From Candidatus Latescibacterota bacterium (lineage in GTDB: Bacteria; Latescibacterota; UBA2968), in contig OZ242311.1 of NCBI GenBank assembly GCA_965207885.1, positions 128,001 to 192,000 on the forward strand: a DNA stretch of 64,000 nt, given 5' to 3'. The notes below the pieces were generated by a model. The model made no database searches and had not been told where the DNA came from. It saw only the letters and a program-made list of their open reading frames with translations. The translations under genes were made by a program, and so were the position numbers. This document shows, one piece after another, positions 42,201 to 50,654 of this stretch; the first letter of the stretch is position 1, and each line of letters starts with the position of its first letter.

Positions 42201-42900
42201 CCATCCGCAAGTTGTCACCGATGGCTCCCACCACCACGGTACCCGTATTTATTCCTATCCGGAGGGTAATCTGGGCATCGCTTTGTCGCGTCCTCGCGTT
42301 GTTCCATGCCTCAATCTGATGGCGAAGCTCCAACGCGGTGAGCACTGCGCGTTGGGCATGATTCTCATGGGCGATAGGGGCACCAAACAACGCCATGAAA
42401 CCATCGCCCAGGAATTGATTGACATTGCCTTCGTAGCGATGGACGGCATCAAGGGCGAGCTTGAAGAACTGGTTCAGGAGGTCGTGCATGGCCTCTGCGC
42501 CGAGTTGCTCGGCAATACTCGTCGAGTTCGCCATATCGCAGAACAGTACCGTGACCTGCTTGCGTTCTCCTTGCAAGGCGGCACGGGACGTGAGTATTTT
42601 CTCGATCAGATGGGGCGGGGTGTACATGTTCGGATCGCGCCCCCAGGCCTCCGACGGAACCGGTATCGGAGACGCCGCAGGTGGTGTGGCATCATCCTGG
42701 TCCGAAGCGGAGCATCCGACCCATACGAGTCCCCGACCATCCTCGTCCTTGGCCTGAGGATGGTCAAAGAGAATAGCCTCTTTGAGGTCCTCGAGCACCT
42801 CGTCATCGAGATCGAACTGGCGTTTAAGAGCGCGATACGAAACCCGGCCACGGCCGCGAAGCAGTTCCAGTATTTGGTCAACCATCTCGTAAAAGTCCAT
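39295..42900 (-). CDS. Class III nucleotide cyclase - STAND NTPase - TPR protein
   Basis: Cyclase motifs TVLFCDMANST, FLGDGFMALFGAP, RIGINTG and GDTTNVAARL; Walker A GDPGIGKS; Walker B VIVLEDIHW; TEGNPFF; long TPR-like C-terminus. Start taken at MDFYEM (42900). Confidence 0.9.
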   Translation of the reverse strand: MDFYEMVDQILELLRGRGRVSYRALKRQFDLDDEVLEDLKEAILFDHPQAKDEDGRGLVWVGCSASDQDDATPPAASPIPVPSEAWGRDPNMYTPPHLIEKILTSRAALQGERKQVTVLFCDMANSTSIAEQLGAEAMHDLLNQFFKLALDAVHRYEGNVNQFLGDGFMALFGAPIAHENHAQRAVLTALELRHQIEAWNNARTRQSDAQITLRIGINTGTVVVGAIGDNLRMDYTAVGDTTNVAARLEGQAAPDQIVISESTYRLVEGYCQTRSLGTFDLKGKADPTLAWEVLAAFESVNRLDVEIKRGLTHFMGRERELQTLQNCFAQAQAGHGQMVFLVGDPGIGKSRLLLEFRQRIAATDATWLEGRALSFGSSSVFHPLIDMLKRSAGIEEAEADTTVVTKIEQTLLSHSEALRSDLPYLRYLLALDPGDENVRRMDPQLRRNELFRALQRVLFHASELSPRVIVLEDIHWMDQATQDFLKIIADSISTSHVLFLLTYRPGYASPFGERTYHTHLTLQPLSTKHSTQIARTILGVDFLPDELASLIDRKTEGNPFFIEQVVRSLQEVGAIRRVEHRCVLTRPIEDISIPETVQDVLSARFDRLEEAHRTTLQFAAVVGREFTRGLLVRLEVAQPDLLDTYLRDLTDIEMIREMDSEPDISYIFKHALTREVAYQSLLVRSQQYLHRLIGETIEKFEVHLVEHAEVLAHHFERGEMWKKALTYLVQAGQKAQQASALKEALDFHARALDVCEQLGSAVDPEMMSIYAHKGEAHFLRSEFLLSVEAYRQVLEIARRNGDRAQEAFALYKMGLGYHWAHEFEEALQCSESAKVLAQQIGAGSTIAASTFVIGWIRAVLGDLDEARRHCNDALQISREARDEEQEGFCLWVLGQIRNWKGEYAQALQLLDQALHIGRTQNLPFLISGVLWMRGIILCGRGDYEKALASLEEALDLSERLGDYAHRGRILNTLGWVCGELYDLEAALHYNQTCLDASEEIGDPEVTRNAQLNQGDTLLLLGRLEEAEKHLEEVHESLQRHGTWGEDWMKWRYAQHLWHSLGELWLAKGDSAKALIYTELCCKEAEPTASRKNLAKGWRLQGQALLAQGRDEEAEQALRRALAISRDLGNPPQIWRTHQALGMLYEDRGETDRARAVYREALDIIHEVATQLQDSERRHTFLDAQPVRQIREGAVRTGHAET

Positions 42901-43115
42901 ATTCTCATCCCTTCGGATACCGCACATCCGGCCTGCTTCCGGATCAGTGGTGCCGGCTTTGAGCCGCAATTTTGGCTTGCCAATCCATCGCGTTCTTACT
43001 TCTATATAGAGCATAACCCAGCAATCAAGATAGACGAAATCTCATGAGCGTCAAGCGCGTTTTGCACGAACCACCCTATGAACCAAACCCATCTCCCAAC
43101 CAACAAAGGAAACGC

Positions 43116-44513
43116 ATGAAACACTTTATCCTAATCTGTATCTCAATCGCATTACATCATCCGGCATTTGCACAGGACGGAAAAGCCCTGTACGCGATAC
43201 ATTGTGCACAGTGTCACGGACCCGACCTGAGAGGGGGCAATGCACCGAGCATGGTCGATGGCGTCTGGAAATACGGAGACGGACGCGGCTATCGCATCCG
43301 CAACATCAAAAACGGACTCACCGAATTGGGCATGCCCGGCTATGAAAAACAGCTCACAAACAGACAAATCGCGATGATCGTAGATTTTATCGAACAACAA
43401 GAAAAAGAAGTGGGCCAACCCAAACCTCCGCCACCCGACTTTGTACAAACACTCGACTACGACATAAATGTCGATATCTGGGTACAGGACCTGAAAATCC
43501 CCTGGGCAATCGACTTCATCGACCCACAAACAGCACTCATTACCGAACGTCCGGGCATGCTGCGAATGGTAAAAAACGGACAACTCCTCAACCCCGTCGC
43601 GGAAACGCCCCAGGTGGTTCACGAAGGACAGGGCGGATTAATGGACGTGGCAATAGACCCCAATTACCCTGAAAACGGCTGGATCTACCTCGCCTACAGC
43701 CATGAAATCGCCCACATTGAAGGGCAGCGCCGATCCCCTGCAATGACCCGCATCGTACGCGGTCACATCAGGGACAACACCTATGTCAACCAACAAGTAA
43801 TCTACGAAGCCCCGCATGAAACCTATCTCACCACCCGGCATCACTACGGCACCCGCATCGTATTCGACGCAAACGGGTACCTCTACTTTGCAATAGGAGA
43901 CCGGGGCGTGCAAAACCAGGCACAGGACCTGACCCGACCAAACGGCAAAGTCCACCGCATCCACACAGACGGACGCATCCCCAAAGACAATCCCTTTGTG
44001 AGCCAGGAAGGCGCCCTCAAAACCATCTATTCCTATGGCCACCGCAATCCCCAGGGCATGGCAGTCAATCCAGTCACCGGAAAAATATGGGACGGCGAAC
44101 ACGGACCAATGGGCGGCGACGAACTCAACGTCGTCGCCAGAGGAAAAAATTACGGATGGCCTGAAATCACCTACGGCCTCAACTACAACGGCACAATCGT
44201 ATCCGACCGCGTCAGCCAACCCGGAATGGAACAACCAACCCTTTATTGGCGACCCTCAATCGCCATCTGCGGCATCAATTTTTACCAGGGCAACATGTTC
44301 CCCAAATGGCAAAACAAATTGCTCGTCGCATCCTTAAAATACGAAGATGTGCGGGTCCTCTCCATTGACGGAGATCGCGTCCTGCACGAAGAAGTCATAC
44401 TCAAAAACGCGGGACGGGTGCGCGAGGCTATATCCGGACCAGACGGCGCAGTGTACGTCGTCCTCAACCAGCCTGATGCGATCTTGCGCTTGACACTGAG
44501 TGAAGAGAGATAA
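43116..44513 (+). CDS. Cytochrome c fused to PQQ-dependent sugar (glucose/sorbosone) dehydrogenase
   Basis: Signal peptide ending AFA-Q; CAQCH heme motif; GQGGLMDVAIDP, YSYGHRNPQG and EHGPMGGDELN...NYGWP. Confidence 0.9.
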   Translation: MKHFILICISIALHHPAFAQDGKALYAIHCAQCHGPDLRGGNAPSMVDGVWKYGDGRGYRIRNIKNGLTELGMPGYEKQLTNRQIAMIVDFIEQQEKEVGQPKPPPPDFVQTLDYDINVDIWVQDLKIPWAIDFIDPQTALITERPGMLRMVKNGQLLNPVAETPQVVHEGQGGLMDVAIDPNYPENGWIYLAYSHEIAHIEGQRRSPAMTRIVRGHIRDNTYVNQQVIYEAPHETYLTTRHHYGTRIVFDANGYLYFAIGDRGVQNQAQDLTRPNGKVHRIHTDGRIPKDNPFVSQEGALKTIYSYGHRNPQGMAVNPVTGKIWDGEHGPMGGDELNVVARGKNYGWPEITYGLNYNGTIVSDRVSQPGMEQPTLYWRPSIAICGINFYQGNMFPKWQNKLLVASLKYEDVRVLSIDGDRVLHEEVILKNAGRVREAISGPDGAVYVVLNQPDAILRLTLSEER

Positions 44514-44523
44514 GGATCATCAA

Positions 44524-44552
44524 CCGCTAAAAAAAATCCCTTTTTTTAGCGG
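44524..44552. terminator. Hairpin/terminator after the dehydrogenase gene
   Basis: CCGCTAAAAAAA...TTTTTTTAGCGG inverted repeat. Confidence 0.55.
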
Positions 44553-44589
44553 CATTCGAGATTGATTTCGGTATATTTAACCAAACAAT

Positions 44590-44715
44590 CTGTTAGAGGT
44601 GGTCTTGACATCTGGCCATCTTCGAATACATTGAAGGGCATTATAATCCGCATTGTAGGCATTCTTCCATCGCCTATGCGCCTTAAAACACACCACCAAA
44701 ATCGGGGGAACTCCA
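44590..44715 (-). mobile_element. Possible IS end remnant
   Basis: Minus strand begins TGGAGTTCCCCCGATTTTGG, resembling IS3-family inverted repeats; no transposase ORF is present. Confidence 0.3.
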
Positions 44716-44719
44716 CGTT

Positions 44720-45313
44720 ATGTCTGACCTCACATCTACTGAGACGTTCATACCGACACTGGAAGTACCTCAATTCAAAGAACAAAAGACGACCCAAGTT
44801 GCTGCGATACTTGCAACATATTGTGGCAGTAAAATTGATGTACATAAACTGGTCAAGTTAATTTATCTTATTGATAGAGAATCTTTGAAACGCAGGGGAA
44901 GCCCAATAACTTATGATCGTCCATATAACATGCCATTAGGCCCAACACCAGGTAATACATATCGCCTTATTAACAATCCGTGGACAGGAGAATATTGGTC
45001 TCAATTTTTTTCTCCTCCTGAATCCCCCCATGTCATTAAGTTACTCAGAGATGATACAGGTGAAGATAAACTATCTCGATTTGAAGTTGATTTGATACGC
45101 GAGGTATTTGAGAAATTTGGAAAAAAATCATCTAATGAATTACAAAAATATATGCATTCTTTACCAGAATTTGATGATCCTGGCAGATCATCTTCTCCAA
45201 TAGATTGGGACACCTTGCTCAAGGCTGTGGGATGGTATGGTGATAATTTGATAGCGATTAAACAAAAACTCAGTGGGAGGACAATGTTTGAACGCAGGAT
45301 TGCGTATAGCTGA
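44720..45313 (+). CDS. Panacea/SocA (DUF4065) domain antitoxin
   Basis: KLVKLIYLIDRESL, ITYD...MPLGP and LSRFEVDLIREVFEKFG...ELQKYMH...PE motifs; AT-rich. Confidence 0.85.
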   Translation: MSDLTSTETFIPTLEVPQFKEQKTTQVAAILATYCGSKIDVHKLVKLIYLIDRESLKRRGSPITYDRPYNMPLGPTPGNTYRLINNPWTGEYWSQFFSPPESPHVIKLLRDDTGEDKLSRFEVDLIREVFEKFGKKSSNELQKYMHSLPEFDDPGRSSSPIDWDTLLKAVGWYGDNLIAIKQKLSGRTMFERRIAYS

Positions 45314-45383
45314 AATTATTTTTTTAATATGCCCAAGAATCTGTAAGATGTTTGAGATTCGGGCTATTGTATATATTCTCGCA

Positions 45384-45423
45384 AAAAGGGGATGCAAACA
45401 ATCTTGCATCCCTTTTCTTTTTT
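45384..45423. terminator. Bidirectional intrinsic terminator
   Basis: AAAAGGGGATGCAA-acaatc-TTGCATCCCTTTT followed by a T-tract, between convergent genes. Confidence 0.8.
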
Positions 45424-45494
45424 GAAGTTACTCCGTTTTATGTGAGCCTTAAAGATGCGGCCAAATTCAAACCAGGCTACGCTATAACTCAATT

Positions 45495-45713
45495 TTAACA
45501 CCCCTCTTTACGCTGGTAAAACAAATCGCGCCATCGCTTCGTCTCCCTGGGGTCGAAGGCACGGGCATTACAAGTATCACACACACCCACAATTGCTTCC
45601 GGGACCACAAAGGGATAGGCTTTGACTTTGATTTTGTAATTCTGAAACCGCACAGGCTCAATAGTTCCCTTGCCACATTCAGGACAGGGAACACCAAACA
45701 TTCTATCATCCAT
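45495..45713 (-). CDS. YgiT/MqsA-type zinc-ribbon protein (no HTH)
   Basis: CPECGKG...VPEAIVGVCDTCNARAF, two CxxC pairs with MqsA-like spacing. Confidence 0.7.
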   Translation of the reverse strand: MDDRMFGVPCPECGKGTIEPVRFQNYKIKVKAYPFVVPEAIVGVCDTCNARAFDPRETKRWRDLFYQRKEGC

Positions 45714-45852
45714 TTTATTGTTTTTTTGCAATGAGTGTTTTAATATCATTGAGGGTGATTCTCTCCCCTTATATTTTCTTATCAAACCATAATATACGTA
45801 AAAACATGGTCTTTTTTAAAGTGTAATTTTCTACACTCTGAAACGACATCTC

Positions 45853-47838
45853 ATGGCACTCGCGCAACCCGTAAACAACACCGAAGTCTTGCCCAATCGC
45901 GACCGCGTAACCGCGCGCTGTGTCTTGCTGGGGTTGGGACTCGTCATAAGCGTGAACACCTGGCCCATCTACGGGCTATATGTCATCCACATCAACCAGA
46001 TGGTATTCAGCTACATGGCGATGGCACTCATGATCCCATTTGTACTGCTATCCCTGGGGCTGAACGTACTCCTGCGAAAATTCTGGCCCCGCGCCGCGTT
46101 TTCCCCCCTCGAAATGGCCGTCGTCTTCTCCATGGGGCTGGTAGGCGCATTATTCCCCCTCATGAACTTCACCGGCCTGATCATGGGGCACCTCGCAACC
46201 CCCTATTATTTTGCCTCGGCGCAAAATCGGTGGTCCGAATTTCTCCATCCCCACTTGCCGCACTGGTTATTCCCCACAGATGAAAACGGCGCCATGCGCC
46301 TCTTCTTCGAAGGCCTGCCGCCCGGCCATGCAATACCATGGGAAGTCTGGATCGTCCCCCTATTCTGGTGGTTTGCATTTGCAGGCGCAATCATCTGGAC
46401 CTGCTTGTGCATCGCCGTAATTTTGCGACGACAGTGGTCCGAACACGAAAAACTACCCTTTCCCGCGGCACAGGTCGCGCTGGAACTCGTACGAGAAGAA
46501 AACAAAAAAATATGGCCCCCCCTCGTAGGACGCCCGGCATTCTGGATCGGCATGGCAATTCCACTCACCGTAATATGCTGGAATATCCTGTCGTATTTCA
46601 TGCCCGACTTCCCCAAAATACCAATCACCCGAGCGGGCGACGGCGTCACATTCTTGCACATCAGCCGATATATTCCAGATCGGTACTTCTATATCGGCAT
46701 ACAATTCTTCATCGCGGGATTTGCCTACTGGACCAGCCTGGAAGTACTATTCTCAATCTGGTTCTTTTACTTACTCGTCGTAGCCGAAGTCTATACCTTT
46801 AACCGGATCGGATACACCATTGGAACACCCGGCTTGTGGTCCTCAACACACGCCGCCAATGCGTGGCAGGCATTTGGCGCACTCGCCTGTATGCTGTGCC
46901 TGGGATTGTGGATGGGACGCGAACACCTCAAAGGCGTCTGGCATGCCATCAGAGGACGAAAAAAATCGGACGACGCCGAAGAACTCATGTCCTACCGCAC
47001 AGCCGGCATAGGTGGCCTGGCCGGATTGTTATTCATCATCGGATGGCTACACACCGCGGGCATGGCCTGGTACGTAATCATACCCTTCTTAATCGGCATG
47101 GGAATCTTATATGTCGGCATAGCCCGGGTCATTGCCGAAAGCGGACTGGTGTATTTGCGCGGCTCCATGATGCCCCCAACCTTCGCCCTCTACACCCTCG
47201 GCTCGGCGAATATCCCGGCGGCGAGCATGGCAAATTTTGCGTTCTCCTTCGCGTATTTTACAGACGCCAAAAGCCTCGCCATGGCCAGCATGGCGCATTG
47301 CTCGTGGATCACAGCAGCCATAAAAGGACGCAAACGCATGGTCGCGATTGCCCTCGTATTAGCCGGCATAGCAGCCGCCATCTCATCAGTCGCATTCACA
47401 CTGTATCTGGGCTATGAAACAGGCGCGTATAACTTCAGAGCATTTGAATTTCGCACGCACCCGCGGATCTTTGACTACTGGATCCGACAGATGCAAACCT
47501 TTAACCCACCCGACTGGAAGCGAATAGGCTTTTTCGGCTTTGGCGCAGCCGGAATGGCGCTATTGACATTCTTGCGGTATCGCGTATCCTGGTGGCCCTT
47601 GCACCCGGTTGGATTCGCCATCATGGAAACCCAGGCCGTGCGGGGAACGATCTTCACCATCTTTCTCGTATGGCTGTGCAAACTGCTCATCCTGCAAATT
47701 GGCGGCATCGCATTATACCGCAAAGGCCAGCCCTTATTTCTCGGTATCCTCGTCGGGTTCATCCTCGGCGTGGCAATCTCGGCAACAGTAGATACAATCT
47801 GGTTCCCGGGCAGCGGACACTCGGTTCACCATTGGTAA
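45853..47838 (+). CDS. DUF6785/DUF6784-type polytopic membrane protein (putative transporter)
   Basis: YYFASAQNRW, RRQWSEHEKLPFP and WWPLHPVGF motifs, C-terminal GHSVHHW; paralog of 13176..15152. Confidence 0.75.
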   Translation: MALAQPVNNTEVLPNRDRVTARCVLLGLGLVISVNTWPIYGLYVIHINQMVFSYMAMALMIPFVLLSLGLNVLLRKFWPRAAFSPLEMAVVFSMGLVGALFPLMNFTGLIMGHLATPYYFASAQNRWSEFLHPHLPHWLFPTDENGAMRLFFEGLPPGHAIPWEVWIVPLFWWFAFAGAIIWTCLCIAVILRRQWSEHEKLPFPAAQVALELVREENKKIWPPLVGRPAFWIGMAIPLTVICWNILSYFMPDFPKIPITRAGDGVTFLHISRYIPDRYFYIGIQFFIAGFAYWTSLEVLFSIWFFYLLVVAEVYTFNRIGYTIGTPGLWSSTHAANAWQAFGALACMLCLGLWMGREHLKGVWHAIRGRKKSDDAEELMSYRTAGIGGLAGLLFIIGWLHTAGMAWYVIIPFLIGMGILYVGIARVIAESGLVYLRGSMMPPTFALYTLGSANIPAASMANFAFSFAYFTDAKSLAMASMAHCSWITAAIKGRKRMVAIALVLAGIAAAISSVAFTLYLGYETGAYNFRAFEFRTHPRIFDYWIRQMQTFNPPDWKRIGFFGFGAAGMALLTFLRYRVSWWPLHPVGFAIMETQAVRGTIFTIFLVWLCKLLILQIGGIALYRKGQPLFLGILVGFILGVAISATVDTIWFPGSGHSVHHW

Positions 47839-47844
47839 AATGAA

Positions 47845-48099
47845 ATGAAAGACCCCAATACTCACAAACCCTCATCCCTCGCCCAGGCCTATCGCAGTGT
47901 AGGCCCCTATTTAACCCTGGGCATACAACTCATCGTCACAATATTGGCATGTGTATTTGCGGGACATTGGGCAGATGGCAAATTTGACACCGCGCCCCTG
48001 TGGACCTTAATCGGTGGTCTGATAGGCATTGCCGCGGGCTTTTACCACTTCTTCAAAGCCGTCTTAAAAATAGACCGCAAATCGGAGGAAGATACGTGA
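47845..48099 (+). CDS. AtpZ/AtpI-family (ATPase gene 1) membrane protein
   Basis: Two TM segments with GHWADGKFDTAPLW; first gene of the atp cluster. Confidence 0.8.
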   Translation: MKDPNTHKPSSLAQAYRSVGPYLTLGIQLIVTILACVFAGHWADGKFDTAPLWTLIGGLIGIAAGFYHFFKAVLKIDRKSEEDT

Positions 48100-48485
48100 G
48101 GTCTTTTGTCAAACAAATTGCCGTCGTCTTGTCGGCATTCTGGATCCTCGGAGGATACCCGCTCTACCTGTGGCAGGGAACAGATGTACTCATTGCCACA
48201 GGGGTTGGTTGTGCGATTTGCACCCTGAATGCACTCGCCGGGGCCTATCTCGCAATATGGGGCATGCGCCGGGATAACCGCACATTTATGACCGTCGTAT
48301 TCGGCGGAATGGGGATTCGCCTAATTATTGTACTCATTTTCTTTTTTGTCGCACTAAAATTAGTTAAACTTCACGTTTTTAGCTTGACTCTTTCACTATT
48401 TTTATTTTACGTAGTATTTCAGATTTTAGAGATTCGGTTCTTCGTCGGGCGCCCGCCCGACAAAGCCAATAATTCAGGAGTCTGA
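48096..48485 (+). CDS. atpI: ATP synthase accessory protein I
   Basis: GTG start overlapping the previous stop (GTGA), four TM segments, FGGMGIRL; lies directly before atpB. Confidence 0.7.
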   Translation: MRSFVKQIAVVLSAFWILGGYPLYLWQGTDVLIATGVGCAICTLNALAGAYLAIWGMRRDNRTFMTVVFGGMGIRLIIVLIFFFVALKLVKLHVFSLTLSLFLFYVVFQILEIRFFVGRPPDKANNSGV

Positions 48486-48488
48486 CGG

Positions 48489-49286
48489 ATGGCAGCACAG
48501 GCAGAGGAGCAAAGCAGCGGCAGTTTCATCCTCGAGCATATCACAGACCATCACGAGCTACACCTCGGTCCACTCCATATCCCTTTACCCCATATTGAGC
48601 TTTTTGGCGTTGATATGTCCATCACCGGCCATCTGGTCATGATGTGGGTCGCCTCGCTATTACTCATTCTCACCCTCATTATTTCCACAAAACGACGCGG
48701 ACTCATACCCTCGGGCTTTGCCAATGCGATTGAAGCCATCGCCATATTTATCCGCGACGACGTCGCCGTGCCCAACCTGGGAGAGCGGGACGGGCCGAAA
48801 TACATGCCGTTTTTAATGACGGTCTTTTTCTTTATCCTCTTCTGCAATCTATTGGGATTAATACCCTTTGGACAAACCGCAACCGGCAATATCAATGTAA
48901 CAGCCACGCTGGCGGGCATCTCGTTTGCAATGATGCTCGGAGCCGGGATCAAACACAACGGCCTATTCGGCTTTTTCAAAGGCTTGATCCCCCCCAATTT
49001 GCCAATTGCACTGTTGCCGCTCATGATCCCGCTGGAATTTCTGGGCCTCTTGACCAAACCATTTGCACTGTGCATTCGTCTCTTTGCCAATATGCTGGCC
49101 GGTCACGTCGTAATATTGTCTCTGATCGGCATCATTTTTATTCTCGGTTATTTTGTCGCCCCCATTGCCATTGCTTTTGCATTGGCAATGTACATGTTGG
49201 AAATTTTCATAGGTTTTCTTCAAGCTTATGTATTCACGCTCCTGACCGCCCTGTTCGTGGGCCTGTGTATTCATCAGGAGCACTGA
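48489..49286 (+). CDS. atpB: ATP synthase Fo subunit a
   Basis: NLLGLIP, TATGNINVT, IRLFANMLAGH and LQAYVFTLL motifs. Confidence 0.97.
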   Translation: MAAQAEEQSSGSFILEHITDHHELHLGPLHIPLPHIELFGVDMSITGHLVMMWVASLLLILTLIISTKRRGLIPSGFANAIEAIAIFIRDDVAVPNLGERDGPKYMPFLMTVFFFILFCNLLGLIPFGQTATGNINVTATLAGISFAMMLGAGIKHNGLFGFFKGLIPPNLPIALLPLMIPLEFLGLLTKPFALCIRLFANMLAGHVVILSLIGIIFILGYFVAPIAIAFALAMYMLEIFIGFLQAYVFTLLTALFVGLCIHQEH

Positions 49287-49550
<264 letters not shown>

Positions 49551-49588
49551 ACCGCGCGAACCAAACGCGGTGAAAGAGAGACATAACA

Positions 49589-50083
49589 ATGGATTTGTTG
49601 AGTCCAAACCCCGGCTTGATCATCTGGACGCTCATCACATTTGTGCTCGTATTGCTCGTCTTGAAAAAATTTGTTTGGGGACCGTTATTATCGGCACTCG
49701 ACCAGCGAGAAACGCGCATCCGCGAAGCACTCGAGCAAGCCGATAAAGCGCGTGCCGAAGCTGAAAGGTCCGCCGAAGAGAACAAACAGGCACTCGTACA
49801 GGCGCAGGCAGAAGCTCAAGCTGCAATTAACAAAGCGCGCGAAGACGCCGAACAGGTCGCTCGAGACGTGCAGGAACGCGCCGAAGCCGACGCCCAACAG
49901 CTTCTCGAACAAGCGCGGCGCACCATACAACAAGAGCGCAATCAGGCCCTCCAGACATTGCGTCAGCAAACAGCCGAACTGGCGATTCTCGCTGCGGGAC
50001 AATTGCTGGAGGAAAATTTGGACGACGAGCACAACAAAAAAATCGTAGATGATTTCATCAACCGCATGCCAGAACATTCCTGA
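49589..50083 (+). CDS. atpF: ATP synthase Fo subunit b
   Basis: [10 protein letters not shown] segment, [12 protein letters not shown], coiled coil. Confidence 0.95.
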   Translation: MDLLSPNPGLIIWTLITFVLVLLVLKKFVWGPLLSALDQRETRIREALEQADKARAEAERSAEENKQALVQAQAEAQAAINKAREDAEQVARDVQERAEADAQQLLEQARRTIQQERNQALQTLRQQTAELAILAAGQLLEENLDDEHNKKIVDDFINRMPEHS

Positions 50084-50097
50084 GTTCGGAGTTTTTT

Positions 50098-50637
50098 GTG
50101 AGCCAATCCGCCGTTTCCATCCGATACACCAGCGCATTGATCGATGCCGCCCAAGACAGCGGGGTCTTGGATCGGGTTGAAGCCGATGTGCAGGCATTAT
50201 TGGACCTATTGCACGCCTCGGAAGACCTGCGGGGATTTGTCGCAGATCCGATGATGCGATCTGAACAAAAGCGCGCGGTATTGAACAATCTGCTCGCCGG
50301 AAAAGTAGAGGACATAACCCTCAGATTTTTGCTGCTGCTCTGCGACAATCGCCGCGAGCGCATATTGCCTGAATTGTTATCGGATTTCCTATCCGTATTG
50401 GAAGACCGGCGCGGTCAGGCCACAGCGCAGGTAACGGTTGCTGCGCCCCTGTCCTCTGAGCAGGAAACGCAATTAATTGCAAAACTCTCGACCTATTCTG
50501 GCAAGCAAGTGCGATTGGAAACCACAATAGACGAACAATTAAAGGCCGGGTTTGTGGTGCGGCTCGGCGACCGTGTATTTGATGGCACACTGGCGACGCA
50601 ACTCAATCGGTTGCGACAACGCCTCGTGTCTGATTAA
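50098..50637 (+). CDS. atpH: ATP synthase F1 subunit delta
   Basis: RYTSAL and [21 protein letters not shown] motifs; operon position. Confidence 0.95.
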   Translation: MSQSAVSIRYTSALIDAAQDSGVLDRVEADVQALLDLLHASEDLRGFVADPMMRSEQKRAVLNNLLAGKVEDITLRFLLLLCDNRRERILPELLSDFLSVLEDRRGQATAQVTVAAPLSSEQETQLIAKLSTYSGKQVRLETTIDEQLKAGFVVRLGDRVFDGTLATQLNRLRQRLVSD

Positions 50638-50654
50638 AAGAAGGCAGGCAAAAC

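Noticed and set aside
39307-43047. Long + strand ORFs (362, 254 and 181 aa)
   Set aside because: They are antisense shadows of the well-supported cyclase gene and carry no motifs.
49551-49571. ACCGCG...CGCGGT hairpin after atpE as a terminator
   Set aside because: It has no U-tract and lies mid-operon; more likely an ordinary mRNA stability element.
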